Program-made: the position numbers and the translations under genes | Notes under the pieces: generated by a model | The model's input: the letters and a program-made list of their open reading frames with translations, nothing else | Told to the model about the DNA's origin: nothing | The model's database searches: none | Part shown: one piece after another, positions 1 to 12,494 of the stretch | How the letters are laid out: every line of letters starts with the position of its first letter | Position numbering within the stretch: the stretch's first letter is position 1 | Source: Octopus sinensis | Taxonomy: Eukaryota | Assembly (NCBI RefSeq): GCF_006345805.1 | Contig: NC_043016.1 | Coordinates: 21,700,001-21,764,000 of the forward strand | DNA: 64,000 nt | Direction: 5' to 3'

Positions 1-142
1 CATGAAGAACCAGATTTTTGCAATCTTTTGAATTTTCTTTAAACATTTTTTTGCAATTGGCTCCTAATACAGACATAGGCTTGCCCAAATGCATCAATAA
101 TTTAACATTGATATTTTTTCACAGTTGTTACTATCACCTGAA

Positions 143-450
143 ATGGAACACTGAAAGCACAATATTTGAGCAATTCTGCTATTCAACTTGAAAAAAGGAT
201 GTTAAGCAGTGGAGTCTGCTCGTGATATCAACGAAACATTTGCTGATGAAATGACATTGAGTGATCAGCTTGAAAATGGATCAAATGATTTCACAGTGGA
301 GTCCTGAGCTTTGAAGATCACAAGTATAGTGGAAGCCTGTCTGTCATCAATGACAGTTAATTAGAGACTGTCACTGAGAAAGATCCATGTGATCCCACTC
401 GAGAACTGGCAAAAGAACTTCAAGTTAGCCAGAAACCTGCCAGCAACCAT
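143..450 (+). mobile_element. Degenerate mariner transposase N-terminal (HTH) fragment
   Basis: Broken translation MEH*KHNI*AILLFNLKKGC*AVESARDINETF...EDHKYSG...DPCDPTRELAKEL parallels the Hsmar1-type N-terminus. Confidence 0.75.
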
Positions 451-965
451 TTGTATCCCTCTGCCTCTACCTCTCTCTTCTCTCCCCATGTGACTGGTGT
501 TCGGCCAAGCTTGACCTTTCTTTCTTGGTTCAACTACCATCCATACAACAACTATATTCCTCCCTGTGTCTGTCTAATCTTATGTCCCTGCCATAAAGCT
601 TTACTTCAACACACGCCAGCTTAATTTAATTCGTCCTTAGTCGAAAGACACCTGTTGTTATGTCCTGTTATTTGCATTTGTATTCGCATAACATTTCTCC
701 GTTTTTTTCCATCCTTGTTTACGTACACCACTGCTTTCTTCCAAGGAATCTAATGCTCTCAGTTTTTCCTTGGGGCTGGCCAGATTGGAGCAATCTCGAG
801 TATAACCAGTCAAAATTGCAAAGCTAATCTGGAACTCAACTGAGGATAGAAATCTCCGAATGACCCATCTTTGTTTTCTTTGTATTGTCTATCTGAATGT
901 ATTTTTTTGTCCCTTTTTCGTATCACCTAACCGTCTGGATGTTTTCTGTTCTTGTCCCATTTTTG

Positions 966-975
<10 letters not shown>
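450..975 (+). repeat. Interspersed repeat related to the copy at about 15330-15545 (minus); possibly a Penelope pLTR derivative
   Basis: Both copies share AAAATTGC...CTGARGA-N11-GAATGWCCCATC...GTTCTTGTCCCA..TTTGTATTTT. Confidence 0.5.
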
Positions 976-996
<21 letters not shown>

Positions 997-1445
997 AACA
1001 TATTATCAATAATAACAAATAGTAACAAAAGTAGAGGAAATAGCTAAGGTTCTCTGGCTGCTATTTCTAAACTTCGGTATGTGGTAAAGCAAATCTTTGC
1101 TGAACCCTAATTATAAAATATTACTTAAGTCCCTTTTCATGCCGAATTCTACTTGGTGAAATTATTGATTACTAGTTAGTTAATTAATTTTACTCTTGAT
1201 ATCAATGGAATTATCCAGTAATATTTTGCTAGTTTATTTTGTCTCTCCGTCTTCTCTCCAGCTGGTGTATGAACATTTTATGTGGTTTTAGAGTCAAGTT
1301 TTGACTGCTATTTCTAGCATGGTGGTATCGGTTAGATACCCTAATTTATAATTTTAATTATTACCATAGAAGGTTTTTATTTCCATGCTGGCCACTTGAT
1401 AAGTTCGGTATTTAAATATCGATGTTATCCTTATTTTTATAAATT

Positions 1446-1485
<40 letters not shown>

Positions 1486-3831
1486 TAGATAGATAGATAG
1501 ATGCATATATATATATATATATATATATGCATCTATGTTATAAGAGAAAGCTGTGTATCAATTAGGTATGTAACAGTTACTAAAACTAATAAAGAAAGTA
1601 ATCATTAAAGGAAGTATTTCTATAACTTCATGTTCTAAGAAATTTCTTATAATTTTGATCTGTGAATTTTGAACTCTTAATTTTTTGCATATTTAGATAT
1701 TCCTTACATTCACTGCATCCAATTTTTCACAAATTTAAACATCCATTTCATTCACTGCAAAGTAGATTTTAATGTTTAATAGTAAACAATATTAATTTGT
1801 TGCAGGTGAGATTTTCAATAGCTGTATAACAAGGCACAATTTTAATATTATCAGTTTCTGAAGTTTGTTAAATATTTTTGATAAAATGACATTTTTTTCA
1901 TATACTGGTATAATTCTTAAGTGATTCTGTGTTAGCAACCCAAACCAAGCAAAATTGTAAATATTTTCAGAATAAAAGGTGACCAATTCAAGGGAGTTCT
2001 GGCTGATTTTTAATATACCAATATAATTTTTGTAAGAAAAAAGTCATATTGTTGTTATAGCTGTTTTGGAATGCTATAAGCCTTACAAAGATCGACTGTT
2101 TCTAGCCACCCCGCTTTTTTTTATTAAAAACCATATAAGCCATATCAGTAAAAAAAAAAAGAAAAACAAATTGTAAATATTGAACAATTCAAGGGAAGTT
2201 TGGCAGGTGTTTCTAGCACAACCCAAATCACCCTCACTCTCACACGTATTGATGTCTTTTCAATATTTTTCTCCCATTAAGCATTTTATAGAGTGTTGAT
2301 GCCAAAAGTAACACACACATTGTCCAATCATGGAATAGTAATTGTAATCTAAATTTTTACCCCCACCTCAATCAAAGAGTGTAAGCAAAAACATTTTCTA
2401 ACAGAAATTTTGCTATTAAAATGAATTATTGTTCACGTAACTCTTTTAATCACAGTAGATAAATGTCAGCAACGACCTTCTGAAGCTCTTCAGTATTTTA
2501 ATTTATAAACAGAAACAATCAAGGTCAGAGTGTGTGGTTGCAAAAAAATTTCTAATTTTTCAAATTTTGTTTCCTTTAGCACATAAATGTATTCATGGGG
2601 ATAAAAATATTAAAATACATCAATACATGCAAGAGTGATAAACAAATGTGGAGAATTGTCTCACTTTTCCCTCTTAAAATATTAACAATTTCTTTTGTTT
2701 ATTGAAAAAGCTCCTCCCATGGATTTGAAGTACCACAAAAATTGGCCAAAATAGGTCCAGTATGATGATGGGAAGGGGGGGGGGGGGGTCCAAAAACCAA
2801 TTCTCATACAAAGATGCGCCCCCAAACCATCATTTAGGAAGCTGTGGTTTAAACAAAAGGGGGAAATCCCCATCAAAACAGTGTAGTATTGGTCTCGCTA
2901 ATATGGAAAAACATTTTCCCCAGATTTCTTTATAATCATAATCTATGCTGTTTCAAAGGCATTTATATAGACTTTCATTAAAAAATACCCATTTCCTGGA
3001 AGTTATGAGGAAAAAAAGTTGGATTGCATGAATTTTCCCAAACTCCTCTCTCCACCCCTCAGAAAAATTCTTTTCCATAAATCCCTATATACTCTGAAGC
3101 CAAAATATCTAAGCGGTATCTGAAGAAAATTTTTTTAAAAAAGTATCCATTTTTGTGGATGTTATCAGGCAACAAAGTCAGGGTTGTAAACATCTGTAGT
3201 TATGCCCTTTTATGTATATGATTTTTTCATTTCATTTATTGTTTGCGATGACCCCACACACACACACATCATCACACTGTTACACACACACACGTAATGC
3301 AAAGGTAACAGATTGGCTGCTGAATTGAAATCGCTATGTTGCTTTGAAGAGAAGGTAAAATATAAAGTGCTTCCCCTAGTTGGACTACTTCCATGTTTCT
3401 TTAAAAAAGAGTTTATGACTAAACAAATAATGAAACCAATATTTATCAAGAAAGTGAGGACTATCAATTGGCTCACAGAAAACCGTTTGGATGGCAGTCT
3501 TTCTATTCCTGTTTATATATGTATATGTAAAGGCATACCACACCCTATGTCATTAATTGGTTCCACGAAACACTATTTAAGTCGAATTAACTTTCTCCAG
3601 GTTAGGCCAAACTTACTTGTCTCTCAACTAAACCAATGATAACCATAATCATATATATAAATATTATAATATATATTAATACCACCAGGCAGTTCGCCCG
3701 GCATGCTAATGATTCTGCCAGCTCACTGCCCTAAATAAATATGGTGTGTGTGTGTATATATATATATATATAATATATATTATATATTATATATATACAC
3801 ACACACACACACACATATAATATACGTATTA

Positions 3832-4052
3832 TTTAGGGCGGTGAGCTGGCAGAATCATTAGCATGCTGGGCGAACTGCCTAGTGGTATTTCGTCTACCGT
3901 TACGTTCTGAGTTCAAATTCCATCGAGATCAACTTTGCCATTCATACTTTCGGGGTTGATTAGATAAGTACCAGTTACACACTAGGGCCAATGTAATCAA
4001 CTTAATCCCTTTGTCTGTCTTTGCTAGTCCCCTGTGGGCAATAAGGAAATAA
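3832..4052 (+). mobile_element. tRNA-derived SINE (family A); related copy at about 38600-38830
   Basis: A-box-like GAGCTGGCAGAATC and B-box-like GAGTTCAAATTCC; colinear with the copy at 38606-38830. Confidence 0.8.
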
Positions 4053-4084
4053 ATATATATATTTGAATCATAAGTATACATTAA

Positions 4085-4124
<40 letters not shown>

Positions 4125-4264
4125 CCTCATATAAAGGAAAACAGTTGTACTATATACTGGAGCTTTATTTCCATTAAAATTCGTATTTATATCTATATCT
4201 ATATATACACAACATATAGATAGATAGATAGATAGGTAGATATACATATACATGTATATGCATA

Positions 4265-4400
4265 TGACAGGATTCTTTCAGTTTCTGTCAATGAAATCTA
4301 TGGAATAGTAGAAGACACTTGCACAAGGAGCCATGCAATGAGACTGGACCAGTTGTGAAGAAGGCTTCTTACCACACAGCTACTCCTGTACCTATATATG
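4265..4400 (-). mobile_element. SINE (family B) fragment; related copies at about 21855-22010, 38440-38565, 43680-43800 and 46620-46770
   Basis: Shared core ...GCAAGTGTCTTCTACT...GGATTT...GACAGAAACTGAAAGAAGCC in several copies. Confidence 0.7.
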
Positions 4401-4521
4401 TACATATACCAATGTATTTTTATATATATACATATATATACACACACATATAATTACAGATATGAATACATTTAAATACATATTGGTATACATTTATATA
4501 TACATATATAAATGAATATGC

Positions 4522-4553
<32 letters not shown>

Positions 4554-4624
4554 TACACTTTTATATGTTTCAGCCATGTGGCTGTGGTCATGCTGGAGCA
4601 CCATTTCTCACTATTTTAGTACCG

Positions 4625-5600
4625 AGACACAATCTTTCCATGGTTCCTCTCCTCTGACTATTGCAATCCCATCAAAATTGCCGATGGCCTGTCTGGTATA
4701 TGAGGGAATTTAACACTGCTTCCTTCAAGTGTGCCTCATGTCAAGTCATTGGTTCGCCTGGTATTGTGGAAAGGAGAGCATCGAGTTTCTTTTTGAAGTT
4801 TTCCAAATCTATATCGGGTACGTTTCTTAATTGTTTTGGCAGAGCATTGAAGAGCTGTGGTCCTCTGAACCCTAGACTATTGCAGTACCTGGTTCTTATG
4901 TTAGATGCACTGGACGGTACCTATGGTATTATGCAGTGGCATCCAGTACAAGCATTCATATAACACTTAGTGCCAAAATTAGGTACTAGTCCTTCCAGTA
5001 CTTCCACCTGTAAATCATTACATATATCACGTCTGTGCTCTAGGGAGTAGAGTTGTATTTCTTTCAGCCTATCCCTGTAGCTCATCTGTTGGACTGTAGC
5101 AATTTTTTTAGTGTAGTGACGTTGGAGTGCTTCAAGCTCCATTCTTAGCTTCACACTGTGTGGTGACCACAGCTGAGAGCAGGAGTCTAGCAACTGAAGA
5201 CAAAGGTCTTCCATAGAGTCAACATTAATTCCTGATGTCTTGTTCTGAATGTTCAGAATATCGATCGCGCCAGTTGTCTGCAATTTGCTGCCAACTTCAC
5301 AATGGTTTATGAAATGATGTATCATTACACATACTAATGCCCAGGTCTCTCACTGTTTGTGACTCTGAAATCTCAGTACAGCCAGGTTGTGGAGCATTTT
5401 TGATTTTAAAGAGCAGTGCTTGAAATTTATCAGCATTACATTTCATATTGATTTGCTCTGCCCACTTCTATATTGCATTTTGGTCAGTCTGCAGGTTTAT
5501 GACATTAGGATATTTGTTGACACTGATAACTTTTGTATCATCGACGTAGTGACTTACAGCGGGTGTCTGACTGACTGTGGGCATGTCTAAGATGACTACT
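4625..5600 (-). mobile_element. Degenerate CR1-clade LINE, 3' part of RT ORF
   Basis: CSQLWSPHSVKLRMELEALQRHYTKKIATVQQMSYRDRLKEIQLYSLEHRR matches the CR1-type C-terminal region. Confidence 0.85.
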
Positions 5601-5676
5601 ACAAATAGAAGTGGCCCTCAGACATATATTATGAAAATAGATAGGTTTACATATATATATATATATTATATATATA

Positions 5677-5719
<43 letters not shown>

Positions 5720-5959
5720 CACGTATATATTTAAAAAAACTTAGATCTACGCATATCTGTATACATAGATATATCTAGATAGGTATATATACACAAACAT
5801 ATATGTATAAATATATAAAGAAACATAGAAAAAATACACACATACAGATATATATCTATAAATATATATACATACATATATAAACATACGTATCTGTATA
5901 CCTATGCATATATATATATACACATACATATATAAGCATATACATATATATATATATAT

Positions 5960-6085
5960 TGCTTGACAACCAATGCTGGTGTGTTTACATCCTTGTAACT
6001 TAGCAGTTCGGCAAAAGACACCGATAGAGTAAGTACCAGGCTTACGAAGAGTAGGTCCTGGCATCGATTTGCTCGACAGACTAAA
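5960..6085 (+). mobile_element. SINE 3' fragment; related copies at about 34370-34540, 38830-38990 and 57725-57900
   Basis: Shared GGTGTGTTTAC...TAACTTAGCAGTTCGGCAAAAGA..CCGATAGA.TAAGTAC motif. Confidence 0.65.
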
Positions 6086-6689
6086 AGAGATATATATGTA
6101 TACATACATATATATACATACACATATATATACATATATATATACATACACATATATATACATATATATATATACATACACATATATATATACACATATA
6201 TATATACATACACATATATATATACATACACATATATATATATATACATACACATATATATACACACATATATATATACATACACATATACATATACATA
6301 CACATATACATATATATATATATTATATATATATACATACACATATATATATATATATATACATTCCTGACAAATGGGAACATGAATCTGAGTAACAGTT
6401 TTTGTGATGTTTCTGCTGCTTTTTAATACATATATATATATACACACACACACACATCTACACATAAGATATATATATACACACATACACATATATATAC
6501 ATATATAAACATGTATATATATACATACGTATATATGTACATATATAAACATGTATATATATACATACGTATATGTATATATATACATATATAAACATGT
6601 ATATATATACATACGTATACATATATATATACACATGCATATACGTGCATATATATATATTTATATATACACATACATACATCATCATC

Positions 6690-7650
6690 ATTGTTTCAAG
6701 TCCAGTTGAACACTGACATTACACATCCAACAGAGCATACTGGCTTCATTCCTTGCAAGCCTACGCATGTACTCTAGCAGCTACACTTTCAGAAAACTTC
6801 TCTAGTTTTGATACTGACTCAGCAATTAGAGCAGGGTCATCAATACAGAGAAGCTCCCAGGGGCATCCAGCCTTGAATTCCTGTTATTGCTTGGAGAACT
6901 ATGATGAATAAGATGGGGCTGAGATCTGATCCTTGGTGGGCCCCTGCCCCTACCCGGAATTCTTCACTGTACTCGTCGCCAACGCTCACCTTACTGATAG
7001 CATCCCTGTACATGGCTTGTACAGCTTTCACTAAAAATTCATCTATCCCTAAGTTTCCTCATTGACCACCAGATAAGGGATAAGGGGACCCATGTCAACA
7101 AAAGCCAGGAACAGTGATTTATCTTTGGCTAGGTATTTCTCCGGCAGTTGTCTTACCAGAAATATAGCATCAGTGGTGCTTTTCCCTGGCACAAACCCAA
7201 ACTGCATCTCATCTAGACTGACCCTCTCCCTAATTAGTTGGGCTATGACCCTCTCTGTTACTTTCATTACCTGATGCAAGAACTTGATACTGCTGCAATT
7301 ATTTGTATCTAAAGCATCACCAATCATTGGGTATGACTCTTTCATGTATCACCTGGTTGACTATATTGGTGATTAGTATAGCCAACACCACCAGATATTG
7401 TAGGCATCTCTGGTGATTCCTGATGGGCTGGGGGCTATCCCTGTCTTGATACCCTTAATTGCTTTATCTACTGAGATACTGTCAATTCAGCTAGCTGGTC
7501 CCTCTGTTCGGTCGACATTCGGCAAACTCTTTCTCCCATTCATTCTCTTCATTTAGCAACCTTTCATGGTGGTGTCTCCAAGTCTCTCTCCTTGCAGCCT
7601 CGTTAAATGCACATGAGCCGTCATCTATGCGGACACATTTCTCTCCTATG
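6690..7650 (-). mobile_element. Degenerate RTE-clade LINE (RT domain)
   Basis: VMKVTERVIAQLIRERVSLDEMQFGFVPGKSTTDAIFLVRQLPEKYLAK..FVD and GAHQGSDLSPILFIIVLQAI. Confidence 0.9.
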
Positions 7651-7935
7651 TGACTATAATTCTCTCTAACACACTGTCTTGCAACATGAAAAACCGCAAG
7701 CCTTTGGCTCTCACAACGCAGAACATTGGCAAATATTTTCTTATCTGCTTCCTTTCTGGCTTCCCTTCAGCCAGTCTGATACAATTCCCTGCTACCAGCA
7801 TTCTTCCAGTCCTTTCATGCCTGTTTCATTTCCCTAATGACCATGTCAACTACATTGGTACACCACCACGTTACTTTGCGTTGAGAGGGGACTTTGCACA
7901 ATGTGTATGCACACACACACACATTATATACATAC

Positions 7936-7966
<31 letters not shown>

Positions 7967-8247
7967 TACCCACATACATTCAACCATTTAGGGCAGTGCG
8001 AGTATATATACACAAACACACATATGTGAGAGAGCGAATACGTGAAAATTGAAACAGGCTGCCATGCGCTATTTAACACATATATATACATACATATCTA
8101 CATATATATATACACACACACACACATGCACATACATGTATATATATATACATATACACACATATACATATGCATACATATCTATATATAGATACATACG
8201 TATACACATACATACATATACGTGTGTATTATATATAAATATATCAT

Positions 8248-9480
8248 CTTCGAAATGTAGAGTAGATGAAACCATGGCGACTGAAGAAGGGTTTTTTTCC
8301 TTGTGTTATTTGTCCTGTACTCTATTTTTGTTGTTACTCTTTTACTCTTTTACTTGTTTCAGTCATTTGACTGCGGCCATGCTGGAGCGTTGTTTAAGAA
8401 AAATGTCCAGTTCCTTGGGTTTGTGTCTATGTTTTCGTTTCTCATTGTGTTCGACGTTTTTTTGGTGTCCTGTACTCATATATGCGTGTATATATACATG
8501 TAGAGGTAGGTACGTACATATATGTATATATATATGCATATGTTTTATTTATTAATATATTATATGACGGAACGCACGCATCCCTTTCTAAGTAAGATTG
8601 TCCTTGATATTAATTTTGATGCGCACTCTTAACCTTTCTGTCCCCTCCCTTTCTCAGCCTTCATTCTTTGATTTCCTTTTCTTCTACTTAACTGTTTCTC
8701 CCTCTCTCATTCTTCATTCTTTCCAGTTTCCTCACAACCATTCCCCTTTCTTCTCTCCCTTTCTCTTACTCCTCCTCCTCCCTCCTGCCGTTAACCTGCG
8801 ACGAGAGACTTGCCACCTTCTTGAGGTGTGGACGGCAATTTTCTTTGCCTCCTTCGCTGTTCACAGAAATAGCGTTCGTAATACTTTTTTTCTTTCGGCT
8901 TAACAGCCCTTCTTGTCTTGTTATTTTCCTTGTCCTGTCTTTTACTGCTTATATTTTGTACTGTCATTACTGTTCTGTTTTTGTTACCATTTTTACCCCT
9001 CTGCAAAAAGATCTCAAGTTTTATTTGATTTGCTTTTCGCAGGAAGGAAAGTTTCTATCGAAGACACGTCTCGCCTTCACCTTCGTAACGTGGAGTAGAT
9101 GAAACCATGGCGACTGAAGAAGGGGTTTTTTCCTTGTGTTATTTGTCCTGTACTCTATTTTTTTTGTTGTTTAAGAAAAATGTCCAGTTCCTTGGGTTTG
9201 TTCTATGTTTTCGTTTCTCATTGTGTTCGAACTTTTTTTTGGTGTCCTGTACTCATATATGCGTGTAATATACATGTAGAGGTAGGTACGTACATATATG
9301 TATATATATATGCATATGTTTTATTTATTAATATATATATATACATAAAAACCAGTCGCGTTTTTTTTCCCCCTCCGTTCGCCCACATCGGGATCTTTCT
9401 TTCTTCCTTCTCTTATTTTTTTCCGACGAAGAGCTCCACTCGAAACGTCATACCCTCCTTCTTCCCTTTTTCCTGAGGGC
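8248..9480. mobile_element. Partially tandem-duplicated repeat (probable Penelope-like pLTR region) ending in a hammerhead-like motif and a (TAA)n tail
   Basis: About 260 bp direct repeat at 8248-8562 and 9081-9345; decayed basic ORF on the minus strand starting gccATGg at about 9108; hammerhead-like core at 9423-9450. Confidence 0.5.
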
Positions 9481-10204
9481 CTAATAATAATAATACTTTA
9501 ATTGTTCCACGTGTTGTTGTTTTTTCTGTTTTCCCGTTTGGATTAACCTTATATATACATATGTACATACATGTATTTATACATATATATATATATATAT
9601 ATACATACATATGCACAAAGACATACATATAAGTATATATATATATATAATGTTGTATTTCGGAATGGTCATTTTGCCAGTTTAGCCAATAAAAACACAC
9701 GCACTATATATTTGGTGTTACTTTGCTTCAGTGTTATTTATTTTTTACATTAATCTTAATCTTATTTCGGCCAGAGTTATTTCGTCACACTCATGTGACC
9801 GCATCAGTGGTCCTTTGCTTAATTCTTTCTGATTTGTGTCTCTCCTTATTTTGTATTTCTATTGTATGTGTCTTCATTTGCGCCTGCGTATATCTCTATG
9901 TGCGTCTATGTTTAGTTTGTGTGTTTGTGTGGGGGGGATGCCTGTAATATTTGTATCTTCTGTTTATATACATTTGTGTAATTTGTTATTCTTTTTTTTA
10001 TTTTGCTCATGTTTACATCCACTTATTATTATCATTATTACGTATGTTTGTATGTATGTATAACAACAATACTAGTAATAATAATAATAATAAAACATTT
10101 AAAAAAAATTTTTTAATTTTAAAAATTAAAAAAAAACCTATATAGTTATTTATTTCTATTTGTTTATTTATCTGTGTATTTTATTTATGATGTTTTTGGT
10201 TTTG

Positions 10205-11435
10205 TTTATATTGTAACCAGTTTATGGGGATCCTCTTCTGTCATATGTTGTGGTGTGTGCTAGTGTTCCACTCCAGTTTCCTATTCAGGCTAGGTTTATC
10301 GTCTATTATGTGTGTAGCTTCCGTAATTTGTCTGATTGTTGCATCTGTTCTATGTGTGGACAAGATTTTTAACCTCTATGTTGTTGATTGATCCCCCGTA
10401 TTCCTGCTCGGCGTGTTGGTATAGAATCGATGAGCTCTTTCCTTCCTTCCTTAAGTTCTCTCCAATGTTCATTTACCCGCTCTCCTATGCTTCATGCCGT
10501 TTCCCCTACGTATGTCGTTGTCTTGTTACTGCATCATCCCTCTATACATCTTATACAATAGACTACATTCTGGCTTTACAGTTTGTTTGTGGGCTAAATC
10601 TACACACAGTACAGTACTATCCGTACAGGGGGGGTTTCTACTAAAGGGTAGGTTCTACCAATATGGATTTGATAGGGTTGCCTGGCTTTTCAACAACAAC
10701 CTTAATCCATAGCTTACGTTTGTCTAGGGTCCTTCTAAGCGGTACGCCAGTTCACCTCTAGGGTGGTGTCAACGAACATGACACTGGTATTTATGGCTAT
10801 CATACAAAGTTGGCCTTCCCTATTTTCTTCTTTGTCCTTTCTATAGTGTTCCATGACTTGCTCCTATAGAGTGGGCAAATCCCATTCCTATCATTACTAA
10901 TATATTATCAAATTTCTTCATGGCTCCTTGTATACTCTGATCCTTTCTTTATGACTGTAATCTGAGAACTGCATGCGGTGAATGAAATGTTTATGTGTCT
11001 CTTTAACTCTGTAGGCTCGCACATGCGGGACACATTTCGCATTATTCTGACAAGGTCTGCCATCAAAATATTGAATTTTGGCATTGCCCGCAATGGCTGA
11101 GTTCCGTGGGTCAAGTATTTGGAGGCCATAGGTTTGGCATAGTACGAATGAAGGATTTGGGTTTTATTATTCACAGTTTCTAGCCAGTTGGGGTGTTTAG
11201 TGGGGTAGTCTATTGTGACCTTACCCTGGTGGATGGAGTTGGCTATTTGCTGGATGCTCTCCATAGTATTAGTTTCTATTTCTATTTCAACAGTACTGTC
11301 TTGTGGGGGTGCCCATACCACTATGTTGATATCATCAACATAGCAAGAGTACATGTTCATGAGTATGGAATTCTGTGTTAGGTGTTCTTTAAGCCTTCTG
11401 TCCCACCATACCATGAAAAGGTATAAAAAATCCTG
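10205..11435 (-). mobile_element. Degenerate Penelope-like element (RT followed by C-terminal GIY-YIG endonuclease)
   Basis: ORF with YVDD and ILHSYYAKPMASKYLTH; downstream NVVYCIRC...TYVGETA*SIGERVNEH, the GIY-YIG signature. Confidence 0.8.
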
Positions 11436-11479
11436 CACAACAAATATATATATATACTGGCTGAAGGTGACACGCTCTA

Positions 11480-11685
11480 CACGCGGGTGAGAGTGTGGTT
11501 GTTACTTTCTGTTGCTTCCTTTCAGCACGTAAAAAGCACCAACTACAATCACAGAGTGGTTGGCGTTAGGAAGGTCATCTACTGGTAGAAACACTGCCAA
11601 ATCAGACTGGAGCCTGGTGCAGCCTCCTGGCTTCCCAGACCCCGGTCACACTGTCCAACCCGTGCTAGCACAGAAAACGGACTTT
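11480..11685 (+). mobile_element. RTE-type 3' tail or non-autonomous element; related copies at about 45040-45230, 48612-48710, 50440-50560, 59160-59340 and 60480-60740
   Basis: Shared GGAGCCTGGT.CAGCC..CTGGCTTCCCAGACCCC....TCCAACCC.TGCTAGCA motif; (GAT)n tail in other copies. Confidence 0.7.
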
Positions 11686-12029
11686 ATATATATATAGATA
11701 AAACCACTAATAGGCAAATCAAACGTGAAAAACCAAAAACAAAACATAAAAAAAAAGTATGATATAGAAAAAATATAAAATTGAAAATTTAAATTATTTA
11801 AATTAAAATAAAAATTATTAAATTATATTTATAATTTGTTTTAAAATATATATAACTATGAAAAAGTATGAAAATTTAATATACATAAATAGATATATAC
11901 ACTTTGTATATATACATATTTATATATAGAACACACACACACACATACATTATATATACATATTTATATATAGAACACACACACACACACACACATATAT
12001 ATAAATGAACGCAAGAATATCTGATTCAT

Positions 12030-12412
12030 AATATTTGTTCTCATGCTCGTGTGTTGTTGGTGACAGACAGATATATAAAAGAACGCCGAAGTGATGGGAA
12101 GGTAGGAAACAGAGTGAGTGAAAAAGAGAGGAAATAGCGAGAGTTTAGGAAGATACATTAAATAATGGGAGCGGACTTGTCAAAGTTATAAATGAAGGGG
12201 AGTGAGAGGGTAATGGAAGAAATAGCGTGAGTGAGGAAGATGGCCCCTAGCAACCACACATTTTAAGATAGGGATTTCTTAGGTAGCCCACGGGCATCGT
12301 CACCTCATTCTACATGTCCCTGTAAATTTTGGAGCGAATCGGACGGGATGTAGTGGCATCGAAAGCGATCCAAGCGGTAAAAACGCATTTCAGTTTTATA
12401 TATAGAGATTGG
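12030..12412 (-). mobile_element. Possible 5' fragment of a non-autonomous Helitron
   Basis: Minus strand begins TCTCTATATATAAAACTG followed by CCGATTCGCTCCAAAATT, resembling Helitron 5' ends. No 3' CTAG/hairpin end identified. Confidence 0.35.
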
Positions 12413-12494
12413 TAAAAACGGGAAGATAACAAAACATCACCAAAACACCATCTATTCGGTTATCTTGCCATCAATATATAGGACAATATATATG

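Noticed and set aside
1498-1535. 38-nt perfect palindrome TAGATGC(AT)12GCATCTA
   Set aside because: Mostly (AT)n, which is self-complementary by nature; expected in this repeat context.
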